Positions 20,221-29,486 of a DNA stretch of 64,000 nt are shown piece by piece (within the stretch, counting starts at the first letter, position 1; the number at the start of each line of letters is the position of its first letter). Under the pieces are notes generated by a model that worked only from the letters and a program-made list of their open reading frames with translations, was not told the origin of the DNA and did not search any database. The stretch lies in assembly GCA_964496505.1 (NCBI GenBank), contig CAZBZV010000015.1, forward strand, positions 754 through 64,753, in the 5' to 3' direction. The DNA comes from an uncultured Ignavibacteria bacterium (GTDB lineage: Bacteria; Zixibacteria; MSB-5A5; JAABVY01). Made by a program: the position numbers and the translations under genes.

Positions 20221-21345
20221 ATGAAAACATCTACACAACAATCAGTATGCGTTGCAACCTTTGCAATTGCATTGATGTTATTTTCATGTAGCCAAAATGA
20301 ATCGAAAACCGATCAGGATGATTTTCAGTCAGTCATGACAAAACTAAGAACAGAACTGGAATCAGGCCTTCCACAGCAGAGGGAAGAGCCATTTGAACTG
20401 CGATCTTTTGAGCCGTATATTGGTGATAATTGGATCGGGGATGCGGTTGCATACGGCTGTTATCGAGCCGGTCAGGCACCAGGACAGAAAGGCCCAAGCG
20501 ATGCTGAACTGCTTGAAGATTTGAAAATCATAGCCGGGCACTGGAATCTTATCAGGGTCTATGGTGCGGACCCTGATACCGAGCGCATTCTTCGTCTGAT
20601 TCAATCCCACAATCTGCCTATAAAAGTAATTCAAGGTATCTGGCTGGCTCCAGAGGAAAATGATCCGGAACAAAGAGAGGACAATGTAGGCCAGATTATG
20701 TTGGGAATCGAACTGGCGGAATCATATCCCGACATCTTAATCGCCATCAGTGTCGCAAATGAAACCCAGGTGTTCTGGTCAGCACACAAAATGAATCCCG
20801 AAAATCTTATTCGCTATATCCGTGCCGTAAGAAACAATGTCGCTGTACCGGTGACGACGGCTGATGACTATCTTTACTGGAACAAACCTGAAAGCAAGCA
20901 AGTGGCCGATGAAATTGATTTTGTCTTCACTCATATACATCCCCTTTGGAACGGAAAAACGCTGGATGAGGCCGTTAACTGGACCGATGAGATTTATAAT
21001 GAGCTCCAGGCAATTCACCCCGACCATATGATTGTTATTGGAGAAACAGGCTGGGCAACTAATTATAATCCCGAAAAAACCGGGCCCGGAGAACAGGCAA
21101 CGCTTATTAAGGGTGAGGTCGGGATAGATGCGCAGGCTGAGTTTTTGATCCAGATGAATCGCTGGGTGGAATCGAATCAGGTTACGACATTTATATTTGA
21201 GGCCTTCGATGAACCGTGGAAAGGCGGCGGCGAGAACTCCCCTCCTAACGAAATTGAGAAAAACTGGGGTGTTTACAATGAGGACCGCACTCCCAAAGAA
21301 TCATTGCTCAAGTATCTGGAGTATCATCAGAAAAGCCACGAGTAG
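20221..21345 (+). CDS. GH17 beta-1,3-glucanase/transglycosylase, lipoprotein
   Basis: Lipobox LFSC; IRVYG, SVANE (acid/base), IGETGW (nucleophile), FEAFDEPWK, EKNWG. Confidence 0.9.
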   Translation: MKTSTQQSVCVATFAIALMLFSCSQNESKTDQDDFQSVMTKLRTELESGLPQQREEPFELRSFEPYIGDNWIGDAVAYGCYRAGQAPGQKGPSDAELLEDLKIIAGHWNLIRVYGADPDTERILRLIQSHNLPIKVIQGIWLAPEENDPEQREDNVGQIMLGIELAESYPDILIAISVANETQVFWSAHKMNPENLIRYIRAVRNNVAVPVTTADDYLYWNKPESKQVADEIDFVFTHIHPLWNGKTLDEAVNWTDEIYNELQAIHPDHMIVIGETGWATNYNPEKTGPGEQATLIKGEVGIDAQAEFLIQMNRWVESNQVTTFIFEAFDEPWKGGGENSPPNEIEKNWGVYNEDRTPKESLLKYLEYHQKSHE

Positions 21346-21617
21346 GGTTATTGATAGATACTCAGTCAATCCCCTTCCAGGGACTTTTCTTGCTTATTTT
21401 GCAAAGAGATTCCTGATTCCTAATCGGGTTGGATTGAATGATTATTTTATATAAAGCTGCCGCGATTGTTATCACTTTGGGACCATTTTAATTCGAAGCA
21501 CCTTAAAACAACTTAAAAGAAATAAAAAGCACTTAATCCGCAACTCATTGAAAAATCAGCACTTATTCAGTAATTAATTGCATATTAACAAGTTGCGAAA
21601 ACAGGCCGGCGGGGAAG

Positions 21618-21655
21618 GGTGGTTCTCAGCCATCAAACCGGGGTTCGATTCCCCG
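21618..21655 (+). pseudogene. tRNA-Glu(CTC) fragment (anticodon arm and T arm only), possible att remnant
   Basis: GGTGG-TTCTCAG-CCATC anticodon arm, AAAC, then CGGGG-TTCGATT-CCCCG T arm; no D arm or acceptor stem can be formed. Confidence 0.7.
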
Positions 21656-21675
21656 CAAACTCATTTCCCGGTTTA

Positions 21676-22422
21676 TCAACCGGGATGAGCTACTTTCTCC
21701 TTTTTTTGCGAATAGTCATCCTCGAAATTATCGAGCAGATATAGTGTTTTGTAGGTATTCCAGCTTTGGCGGATTATCGGCGTGGGCTCTTTTCGATGCT
21801 TCCAGACATAATAACGGGTTTTTGGATCGGCCGGGCTTCCGGAGCCGAAATCTCCGTAAAGCTTACGATACCTGTCGTATTGGCGATCCGAGGCGGCACG
21901 GGCAAGGATTGAGGCTGCTCCGACAATCGTATGGTTTTCATCCGCCCTGTGTTCGGGAATGATCTCAAACCGTCGGTGAAGGCGTTTGGGAATCAGAAGC
22001 TTATTTTTTTGAAGAAGAGGGATCATGCTTGAATCGGTCAGTTTTTCCAGCCTCTGGAAAAACAGTTCCCGTGAGACCTCCCAGTTATCGACAATCACCT
22101 CTGCGAAAATGTGATTTCGATATAGATTTTTCAGTATCTTTAAAAATGCAACCATCTCCCATGAATTAAGATTGAAAGATTTATTGTCAATTTCGGAGGG
22201 CGGTATTTGCCTCACTGAAAACGCTTTGGCTGTTTTTTTGATAAGAGGTTCAAGATCATCGCGCTTTTTGCGGGTCAAGAGCTTGCTGTCCTTAATTCCG
22301 GACTTATGCCATAATGCTATTAAGCTTTCATCGGCCACTACTCCTGCGATGAAGATGCTTCCGATACAGGGACATTTGGTGGCATCATCAATACCGGCAA
22401 TAAGTCTCTTCATATTATCCAT
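21676..22422 (-). CDS. Atypical ribonuclease HII-family protein (archaeal-type motifs)
   Basis: IAGIDDATKCPCIG (canonical GIDEAGRGP), GIKDSKLL, VIVD, ADENHTIVGAASILAR, YGDFGSGSPADPKT. Confidence 0.8.
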   Translation of the reverse strand: MDNMKRLIAGIDDATKCPCIGSIFIAGVVADESLIALWHKSGIKDSKLLTRKKRDDLEPLIKKTAKAFSVRQIPPSEIDNKSFNLNSWEMVAFLKILKNLYRNHIFAEVIVDNWEVSRELFFQRLEKLTDSSMIPLLQKNKLLIPKRLHRRFEIIPEHRADENHTIVGAASILARAASDRQYDRYRKLYGDFGSGSPADPKTRYYVWKHRKEPTPIIRQSWNTYKTLYLLDNFEDDYSQKKEKVAHPG

Positions 22423-22616
22423 TCAAATCTTCGGTTTTTATGCTTTGTGCTATTTATATGCTACATTGAGCAATACAGAAAGTTCTCATTAAGGGGATGT
22501 ATTCATTAATGAATATCAGCCTGCATTTGCTGATGTCTGTTCAATATCTGCAGGACAGGCGCTTTTGTCTTTCATAATTCGAGTTGCAAAAATCGCCTTA
22601 TTTTCGGAAAAAGAAA

Positions 22617-22829
22617 TTATTTATCCTCGGCTCGATATTCCAAAATATCTCCCGGCTGGCAATCAAGTGCGGCACAAATTGCATCAAGCGTTGTCAGCCT
22701 GATTGCTTTCGCCTTGCCCTGCTTTAGAATCGACAGATTCGACATGGTGATCCCGACTTTTTCCGACAATTGGTTAAGCCGCATTTTTCTTTTCGCCAGC
22801 ATAACATCCAGATTAATTATAATCGCCAT
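22617..22829 (-). CDS. XRE/Cro-CI family HTH regulator (YozG-like)
   Basis: MAIIINLDVMLAKRKM..LSEKVGITMSNLSILKQGKAKAIRLTTL..LDCQPGDILEY. Confidence 0.92.
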   Translation of the reverse strand: MAIIINLDVMLAKRKMRLNQLSEKVGITMSNLSILKQGKAKAIRLTTLDAICAALDCQPGDILEYRAEDK

Positions 22830-22838
22830 AGCAAATCC

Positions 22839-23465
22839 TCAAATCGTTAATTCAGATTCCTGTTTTAATTCATAGCCCTCTTTAAAAGAGGCCCATACAG
22901 CATATAGAATTATTGCCGCAAGCAGCATTTTAAAGTCAATCGCGGCAAGAATGTTGTCGGCGGCCGATTCATTGAATGTGGAAAAATTAACCGTTTCAAC
23001 CATAAGCTCAACAGGCATAAAGAACGGGATGAGCTGGTAGAATATGAATCCACATGCTATATAGGCGCCCACAATTAGTGAGAAATACTTTATTATTTTC
23101 AAATTTTGCGGTTTAAAGAATGTCCCGGCATTTATAGATACAATTAACCGTTTTATCATGACAAGTGCCAGTATTAGAAGTGAAATATATACGAACCGCT
23201 TTATCAGATCATAGGTGAAAATATTGATCTGAACCCGCTGATATATGTCCGGATTGTGTGCCAGAATATTCTGGTCAAAAAGAATCGCCACATTATCCTG
23301 AGGATGATTCCAGGGTACATCCAGTTTTAGAATGCGGATTTCCTCAGGGCTTGAAATCAGCTCATGGGTTTTTTCAGCTATCTGCGCAACTCCTGTGATT
23401 GCAATAAAGAGAATGAAAAGATTGAATATTAGCCTGATCCCGGAAATTGTAAATAATTTGGGCAT
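22839..23465 (-). CDS. DUF2975-family membrane protein
   Basis: About 4 TM segments, FKPQN, C-terminal FKEGYELKQESELTI; directly upstream of the YozG-like HTH, the usual pairing. Confidence 0.85.
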   Translation of the reverse strand: MPKLFTISGIRLIFNLFILFIAITGVAQIAEKTHELISSPEEIRILKLDVPWNHPQDNVAILFDQNILAHNPDIYQRVQINIFTYDLIKRFVYISLLILALVMIKRLIVSINAGTFFKPQNLKIIKYFSLIVGAYIACGFIFYQLIPFFMPVELMVETVNFSTFNESAADNILAAIDFKMLLAAIILYAVWASFKEGYELKQESELTI

Positions 23466-23729
23466 AAATCACTCCTGCTTTTGTTTCTATATATATTATA
23501 TTATAATATATATTTATCGTTTATCAATAAATTATTTATGATAATAGTATATTTTATTCAATAATTGCTTGTTGTCTTGTACTAAACTTTCTCTATCTGG
23601 ATAAAAGCTGAGATTAGAAATGCGGGCAAACAAATCCAAATATATCCTTAAAATACTGGTTTTAAATGGCCCAAATGCACTTTTTTCGCCATTTTACGGC
23701 GGAACTCAAAATGGTTATCCGGAGTTTGA

Positions 23730-26054
23730 TTGAATTACAGTATAGATTTTAGATGGCAGAGTTTTTCAGTGAAGATTTCTATTTCTTTTTTAGCATTGAT
23801 ATTAATACTTATTTTGGCTCCAACATCGATAAAGGCCGAAAATCCGGGAATAGTTCAAGGAACCGTAACGGACATAGCCACTGGCGAAACCCTTCCCGGT
23901 GCGGCGGTTTCCCTGATCGGTACAAAAATCGGCGCAGTTACAGATGCCGATGGGCGTTTTTTTATTCGGAATGTGCCGGCCGGAACCTATTCGGTTCAGG
24001 TCTTTTTGATCGGTTACACCGCGATGGTGATGTCCGATATCGTGGTAAGCCCATCCCGTCCAGCTGAAATTTCGATCGAAATGACCCAGACCACACTCGA
24101 ATCCGATGAGGAGGTGGTTGTAAGGCCTGATTTCTTCTTGAAGCCTGTAGATGCCAACCTGAGTGTACAATCGCAATCGAGTGAGGAGATCAGACGTCTT
24201 CCCGGCAGTCTTGAAGATGTGGTGCGGGCGACCGCGAATCTTCCCGGTGTGGCCCAGGTTCAGGCCGGAAGAAATGATCTTATTGTCAGGGGCGGGGCGC
24301 CCTCGGAGAATCTGTATCTGGTTGACAATATTGAGCTTTCCAACATCAACCATTTCGGCACCCAGGGCGCCAGCGGCGGCCCCCTGAGTTTTATAAATCT
24401 GGATTTTGTGGAAAATATACGCTTTTATACGGGCGGATTCGGCGTGAAATACGGTGACAAACTCTCATCTGCGCTCGACATCCGTCTTCGCGATGGCCGT
24501 ACCGATCGAATCGGCGGTAAGGCCACAATTTCCGCCTCGCAGTTTGGATTGAATCTGGAAGGGCCGATTGGAGATAAGGGTAGTTTTCTTTTTTCAGCCA
24601 GGCGCAGTTACCTCGATCTGATTTTCAAGGCGGCCGGTTTTGAATTCGTGCCGGAGTACTGGGATTTCTTCCTGAAAACGAATTATCAGCTCGATCGCAA
24701 AAACAGTCTGTCATTTCTGGGAATTGCCGCCCTCGATAATGTTCGCTTCTTCAACGAGGATTCCGAAGATCTTTATGAGAATTCCCGGCGGCTGGACAGC
24801 GACCAGAAGCAGGTTATCGGAGGATTATCCTGGCGGCACCTGATTCCCGACGGATCGGTGACGATTTCTGCCGGACAGCATTACACCAAATACGATTACC
24901 GGCAGAATGACACGCTCTTGAATCCGATTTTTATCAGCGATTCATATGAATCGGAGACATATCTTAGTGCCGATGGTGTCTATCTTGCAGGCCCGAATCT
25001 GGTGTTGTCATCGGGATTGCAAACGAAGCTATTACTTACAAAAGGCGATATATTCCTCGATTCGTTTACATCATCATACGGCGAGATTTTGAGTATAGAT
25101 GAAAAGCATGATATAACAACCAATAAATCCTCGGGTTATATTCAGCTCTCAAAGGATTTCAGGAACCTGCGCCTTACCGGAGGCGTCAGAGTTGATTATT
25201 TCGGCCTGATTGATAAACACTGGACAGTTGCCCCTCGCCTGTCATCATCTCTCGGGCTTTCGGAGAGTTTTTTCTTAAACGGCAGTGTAGGGCGCTATTA
25301 CCAGACGCCGTCAGTTGTGTGGATTGCATCCAACCCGTATAATGAAAGCTTAAGTTTTGTCGGCAATGATCAGTATATTGGCGGCTTTGAATACCGCATA
25401 CGGGATGATACGAGGATTACCGTAGAGGGCTATTACAAGCGCTATTTTAATGTTCCGGCCAGCATTCAGCAGGAATACATCGTGATGTCCAATTCAGGTG
25501 GAGGTTTTGGGGGAGCTGAGGAGAGCTTTACCTCATTTGGAATCGATTCTCTGCAAAGCGAGGGCAAAGGGCGTTCCTATGGTATGGAGATTTTCGCAGA
25601 GAAGAAGCTTTCGGAGATACCATGTTACGGCACTATTAGCCTGAGCTTCGGCAAGTCAGAATATGCCGGAATTGACGGTGTCTGGCGGGATGGAAGCTAT
25701 GACCAGACATTCATAGGTAACTTAAGCGGAGGATATATCTTCAATCAGAGCTGGGAGATCGCTACCAGGTTTCGGATTGCCACAGGACGGCCCTATACGC
25801 CCTATGATTACGGGGGAAATCAGGATCCCGATTTATACAATTCCAGGCGCGTTGTTGCCAATCACAGCCTTGATTTTCGCGTGGACAAGCGCTGGTTTTT
25901 CAAAGGCTGGACTTTGATCACATACCTCGATATAGAAAATATCTACAACCGCAAGGCTCGCCAGGTGCCGCGTTATAATGCCCGTGAAGGGGAAATTGAG
26001 ACAATCAATGAGATTGGAATTTTCCCGACTCTCGGGATAAGCGCCGAGTTTTAG
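23730..26054 (+). CDS. TonB-dependent outer-membrane receptor with N-terminal carboxypeptidase-regulatory-like domain
   Basis: GTVTDIATGETLPGA..TDADGRF; plug motifs LPGV, IVRGGAPSENLYLVD, GGFGVKYGDKLSS; terminal ISAEF. Confidence 0.92.
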   Translation: MNYSIDFRWQSFSVKISISFLALILILILAPTSIKAENPGIVQGTVTDIATGETLPGAAVSLIGTKIGAVTDADGRFFIRNVPAGTYSVQVFLIGYTAMVMSDIVVSPSRPAEISIEMTQTTLESDEEVVVRPDFFLKPVDANLSVQSQSSEEIRRLPGSLEDVVRATANLPGVAQVQAGRNDLIVRGGAPSENLYLVDNIELSNINHFGTQGASGGPLSFINLDFVENIRFYTGGFGVKYGDKLSSALDIRLRDGRTDRIGGKATISASQFGLNLEGPIGDKGSFLFSARRSYLDLIFKAAGFEFVPEYWDFFLKTNYQLDRKNSLSFLGIAALDNVRFFNEDSEDLYENSRRLDSDQKQVIGGLSWRHLIPDGSVTISAGQHYTKYDYRQNDTLLNPIFISDSYESETYLSADGVYLAGPNLVLSSGLQTKLLLTKGDIFLDSFTSSYGEILSIDEKHDITTNKSSGYIQLSKDFRNLRLTGGVRVDYFGLIDKHWTVAPRLSSSLGLSESFFLNGSVGRYYQTPSVVWIASNPYNESLSFVGNDQYIGGFEYRIRDDTRITVEGYYKRYFNVPASIQQEYIVMSNSGGGFGGAEESFTSFGIDSLQSEGKGRSYGMEIFAEKKLSEIPCYGTISLSFGKSEYAGIDGVWRDGSYDQTFIGNLSGGYIFNQSWEIATRFRIATGRPYTPYDYGGNQDPDLYNSRRVVANHSLDFRVDKRWFFKGWTLITYLDIENIYNRKARQVPRYNAREGEIETINEIGIFPTLGISAEF

Positions 26055-26227
26055 CGCAATAGAAACTATTATTTTCCTCATCCTGCGTAGGCATATTACG
26101 CAATGCCTATGTGATTAATTAGTATTGTATTAATCCCCATTAAGTCGGATATTTTAACATACAAAAACTCGATTTACTGCAAATTGCACTTTGATAAAGT
26201 CTTCATTAAACCGAGGAGTAAAACCCG

Positions 26228-29200
26228 ATGAACCTGAAACAAATACTGATTTTGGCAATATCCATGTTTCTTATTTTTATTCTTGTCGATTTTTCCCAAA
26301 TCGACATTCTCTATGCTCAGTATTTCGGGCGCAACAAAATTCAGTATGAGGACTTCGACTTTGATGTTATCGAGACTGAGAATTTTAATGTCTATCATTA
26401 CCCCGCGGAAAAAACCGCCGCCTCGGATGCGGCCCGTATGGTCGAGCGCTGGTACAGGCGTCTTTCCAATATCTTTGCTCATGAAATGAAAGATAAGCAG
26501 CCCCTGATTCTTTATGCCAATCATGCCGATTTCCAGCAGACCAATGTTATCCCCGGCATAATTCAGCAGGGCGTGGGCGGTGTGACCGAGGGTCTCAAGA
26601 ATCGAGTTGTGATTCCGCTCACGGGCAATTATGCTGAAAACAACCATGTGATCGGGCATGAGCTGGTGCATGCTTTCCAGTATGATATTATGAGAAATCG
26701 CGGCGGTATCTCACAGTCGGCGCAGCTTCCGCTCTGGATGGTTGAGGGTATGTCGGAATATCTTTCGATTGGCCGGCAGGATGCTCTTACCGCCATGTGG
26801 ATGCGCGATGCGGTGTTGTATGAGGACATGCCGAGCATGAGCCAGCTAATCCGAAATCGTGAATATTTTCCCTACCGTTTCGGGCATGCGCTCTGGGCTT
26901 ATATTGCCGGCAAATGGGGGGATATGGCGGTGCCGGAGCTATTTCGGGCAATACTCGCCGTGGGATGGAATAAGGGCTTCAAAGAGGTGCTAAATATGTC
27001 TCCGGATTCGGTTGCGGCTGAATGGAAGAGAGCAACGATAAGACGTTACAGTTCAGAAATCCGCGGAAAAACCAAACCGGGCGATATCGGCGAAGCTATT
27101 ATAAAGGATGACAATGGCACCAACCTCTCGCCTGTGGTCAGCCCTGACGGAAAATATGTTGCCGTGATATCTCAGCAGGATTTGTTTTCGCTCGATTTGT
27201 ATCTGGTTGATGCCCAGACCGGCGAGTTTATCGATAAGCTGATCAGCTCCAACACCGACTCGCATTTCGATGCTTTGCGGTTTATGAGCTCGGCCGGGGC
27301 ATGGTCGCCCGACAGCAAAAAGTTCGCATTTGTAGTCTTCGAAAACGGCGACAACCGTGTAGCAATCCTTGATGTTGAGTCACGAGATATCGAAAAGGAG
27401 CTTAAGATCGAAAAGCTCGATGATATCAAGCATCTGGCATGGTCTCCCGACGGCAGTCGGATTGTCATGAGCGGGACATCGGGGGGAATCAGTAATATTT
27501 ATCTATATGATCTCAACCAGCACAATTTCGAGCAGTTGACCGATGACCGCTATTTCGAAATGCAGCCGTCATGGTCGCCCGACGGGCAGACATTGGCCTT
27601 TGTAACCGACCGCGGACCGGATACTGATTTCGAGGAACTGACATTCGAGAGGGTCAGAATAGCCCTGATGAATATGAATGACGGCAGTATCGAGATGCTT
27701 TCCATATCCGATAATGCCAAGCATATAAATCCGCAGTTTTCGGCGGAGGGTGACGATCTCTATTTCGTGGCCGATCCTGACGGTTACAGCGACTTATACC
27801 GCTATTCATTTGCAGACAGATCTTTTTATCGTCTGACGAATATTGCCACCGGTATCAGCGGACTTACCGAGCTTTCGCCTGCCATGTCGCTCTCGCGGGA
27901 GAAAGGCACTGCTGTTTTTGCGGTCTTCGAGGACAAAAATTATTATGTCTATGGCCTGGATGTTGAGGCCAATCGGGGTATTGCCTATACTCCGGAGGAG
28001 GGCCGGCTTGCGGCCAATACCGCCCTTCCTCCGAAGTCTATCGACAGCTATGTTTCCGAATATCTGGACGAGGAGGAGCACGGACTTCCCAGCGATGACG
28101 GCTTCTCGATATCCGATTATGATCCCTCACTGGGGCTTCTTTACGCCGGACGTCCTGTTATTGGAGCAACAGTAGATCGTTTCGGCACATCATTGGGCGG
28201 CTCTATCAATTTGATCTTCTCGGATATGCTGGGCAACCATTGGCTCTCCGTGGCGGCGCAGGTCAACGGCGGACTGAAGGATCTGGGCGCCCAGGTTGTC
28301 TACCAGAACCGTGATAATCGACTCAACTGGGGCGGCGCAGTCGGACATATACCGTACCAGACCGCCAGGTTTTCCACCGATATCGATACGGTTGAGATAA
28401 ACGGCGACAGCGTTATCGCCGACGAGTTCACATTAATCCGTCAACGCGTATTTATCGACAGGATTTCCGCCCAGGCAGAGTATCCGCTTTCCGAAAACCG
28501 CAGGCTGGAGTTCTCAACCGGCTATACTCATGTCGGTTATGATACCGAGCGGGAACGTGTCCTTCTGGCCGGGAATGTTATATTGGAAGATGAGACCACG
28601 GATATAAGTTCACCCAAGGGACTGCATTTATCGCAGACATCGGTTGCTTATGTGGGCGACTATTCATTCTTCGGCTTCACCTCTCCTATTAAGGGTAAAC
28701 GTTTCCGTCTGGAAGCAGAACCGACTTTCGGTTCTCTCACCTACCTGACAATTCTGGCCGATTACAGGCATTACTTTTTCATATCGCCTCTAACCCTGGC
28801 ATTTAGGGGATATCATCTTGGAAGATATCTTGATGATGCCAATAGCGACAGGCTTTCGCAGTTGTATCTTGGATTTGAGACTATGGTAATAGGGTATTCG
28901 ATCGGCTCATTTGATGTGTCCGAATGCACCTCAACAGACGGCTCAGAGGGCTGTGCCGAAATTGACCGCCTGATAGGATCTCGTCTGGCAGTATTCAACG
29001 CCGAGCTGCGCCTGCCGCTTTTCGGAAATCAGCAGTACGGGCTGATAAATTTCTCAGCCATTCCAACCGAGTTGACCGCCTTCTTTGACGGAGGTGTGGC
29101 CTGGAGCCAGGGTACCGAGCCGGAGTTCAAATGGGCTGAGAGAACTACCGAAAGAGTGCCGGTCTTCAGCGCAGGGGTAGCGGCAAGAATAAATCTTTTC

Positions 29201-29293
29201 GGATATCTGGTGGGGCAGTTTTATCTGGCCTGGCCCTTTCAGCGTCCCGAAACAACAACAGAATTTGGATTTGTTATCGCCCCTGGCTGGTAA
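26228..29293 (+). CDS. Omp85/BamA-superfamily protein with N-terminal zinc metallopeptidase (MA clan) and TolB-like PD40 propeller
   Basis: QYFGRNKIQY, HELVH..WMVEG, repeated WSPDG motifs, C-terminal barrel NAELRLP..FFDGG..SAGVAAR..FGFVIAPGW. Confidence 0.85.
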   Translation: MNLKQILILAISMFLIFILVDFSQIDILYAQYFGRNKIQYEDFDFDVIETENFNVYHYPAEKTAASDAARMVERWYRRLSNIFAHEMKDKQPLILYANHADFQQTNVIPGIIQQGVGGVTEGLKNRVVIPLTGNYAENNHVIGHELVHAFQYDIMRNRGGISQSAQLPLWMVEGMSEYLSIGRQDALTAMWMRDAVLYEDMPSMSQLIRNREYFPYRFGHALWAYIAGKWGDMAVPELFRAILAVGWNKGFKEVLNMSPDSVAAEWKRATIRRYSSEIRGKTKPGDIGEAIIKDDNGTNLSPVVSPDGKYVAVISQQDLFSLDLYLVDAQTGEFIDKLISSNTDSHFDALRFMSSAGAWSPDSKKFAFVVFENGDNRVAILDVESRDIEKELKIEKLDDIKHLAWSPDGSRIVMSGTSGGISNIYLYDLNQHNFEQLTDDRYFEMQPSWSPDGQTLAFVTDRGPDTDFEELTFERVRIALMNMNDGSIEMLSISDNAKHINPQFSAEGDDLYFVADPDGYSDLYRYSFADRSFYRLTNIATGISGLTELSPAMSLSREKGTAVFAVFEDKNYYVYGLDVEANRGIAYTPEEGRLAANTALPPKSIDSYVSEYLDEEEHGLPSDDGFSISDYDPSLGLLYAGRPVIGATVDRFGTSLGGSINLIFSDMLGNHWLSVAAQVNGGLKDLGAQVVYQNRDNRLNWGGAVGHIPYQTARFSTDIDTVEINGDSVIADEFTLIRQRVFIDRISAQAEYPLSENRRLEFSTGYTHVGYDTERERVLLAGNVILEDETTDISSPKGLHLSQTSVAYVGDYSFFGFTSPIKGKRFRLEAEPTFGSLTYLTILADYRHYFFISPLTLAFRGYHLGRYLDDANSDRLSQLYLGFETMVIGYSIGSFDVSECTSTDGSEGCAEIDRLIGSRLAVFNAELRLPLFGNQQYGLINFSAIPTELTAFFDGGVAWSQGTEPEFKWAERTTERVPVFSAGVAARINLFGYLVGQFYLAWPFQRPETTTEFGFVIAPGW

Positions 29294-29360
29294 CATTTCC
29301 AGTTTCCCAAATGACCCATTGCTTCAGCAGTTGGTTTTCAAACCTTTTCTAACCTTGACC

Positions 29361-29391
29361 GGGCGGAATCATTATGATTCCGCCTCTTTTT
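29361..29391 (+). terminator. Intrinsic terminator
   Basis: GGGCGGAATCAT-T-ATGATTCCGCCT followed by CTTTTT. Confidence 0.75.
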
Positions 29392-29486
29392 ATGAGAAAT
29401 AGGGACCTGAAATTAATCTCTTGCAATCAACATTCAATTACTCTTAATTAGATCAATACCAATATCATTTTACTCAGGAGGAGAAT

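Noticed and set aside
21590-21670. Intact tRNA-Glu gene
   Set aside because: No D arm, acceptor stem or CCA can be built around the anticodon and T arms; reported as a fragment only.
23730-26054. TonB receptor as the SusC of the glucan locus
   Set aside because: It is shorter than SusC, has no susD partner, and lies beyond the tRNA remnant and unrelated genes.
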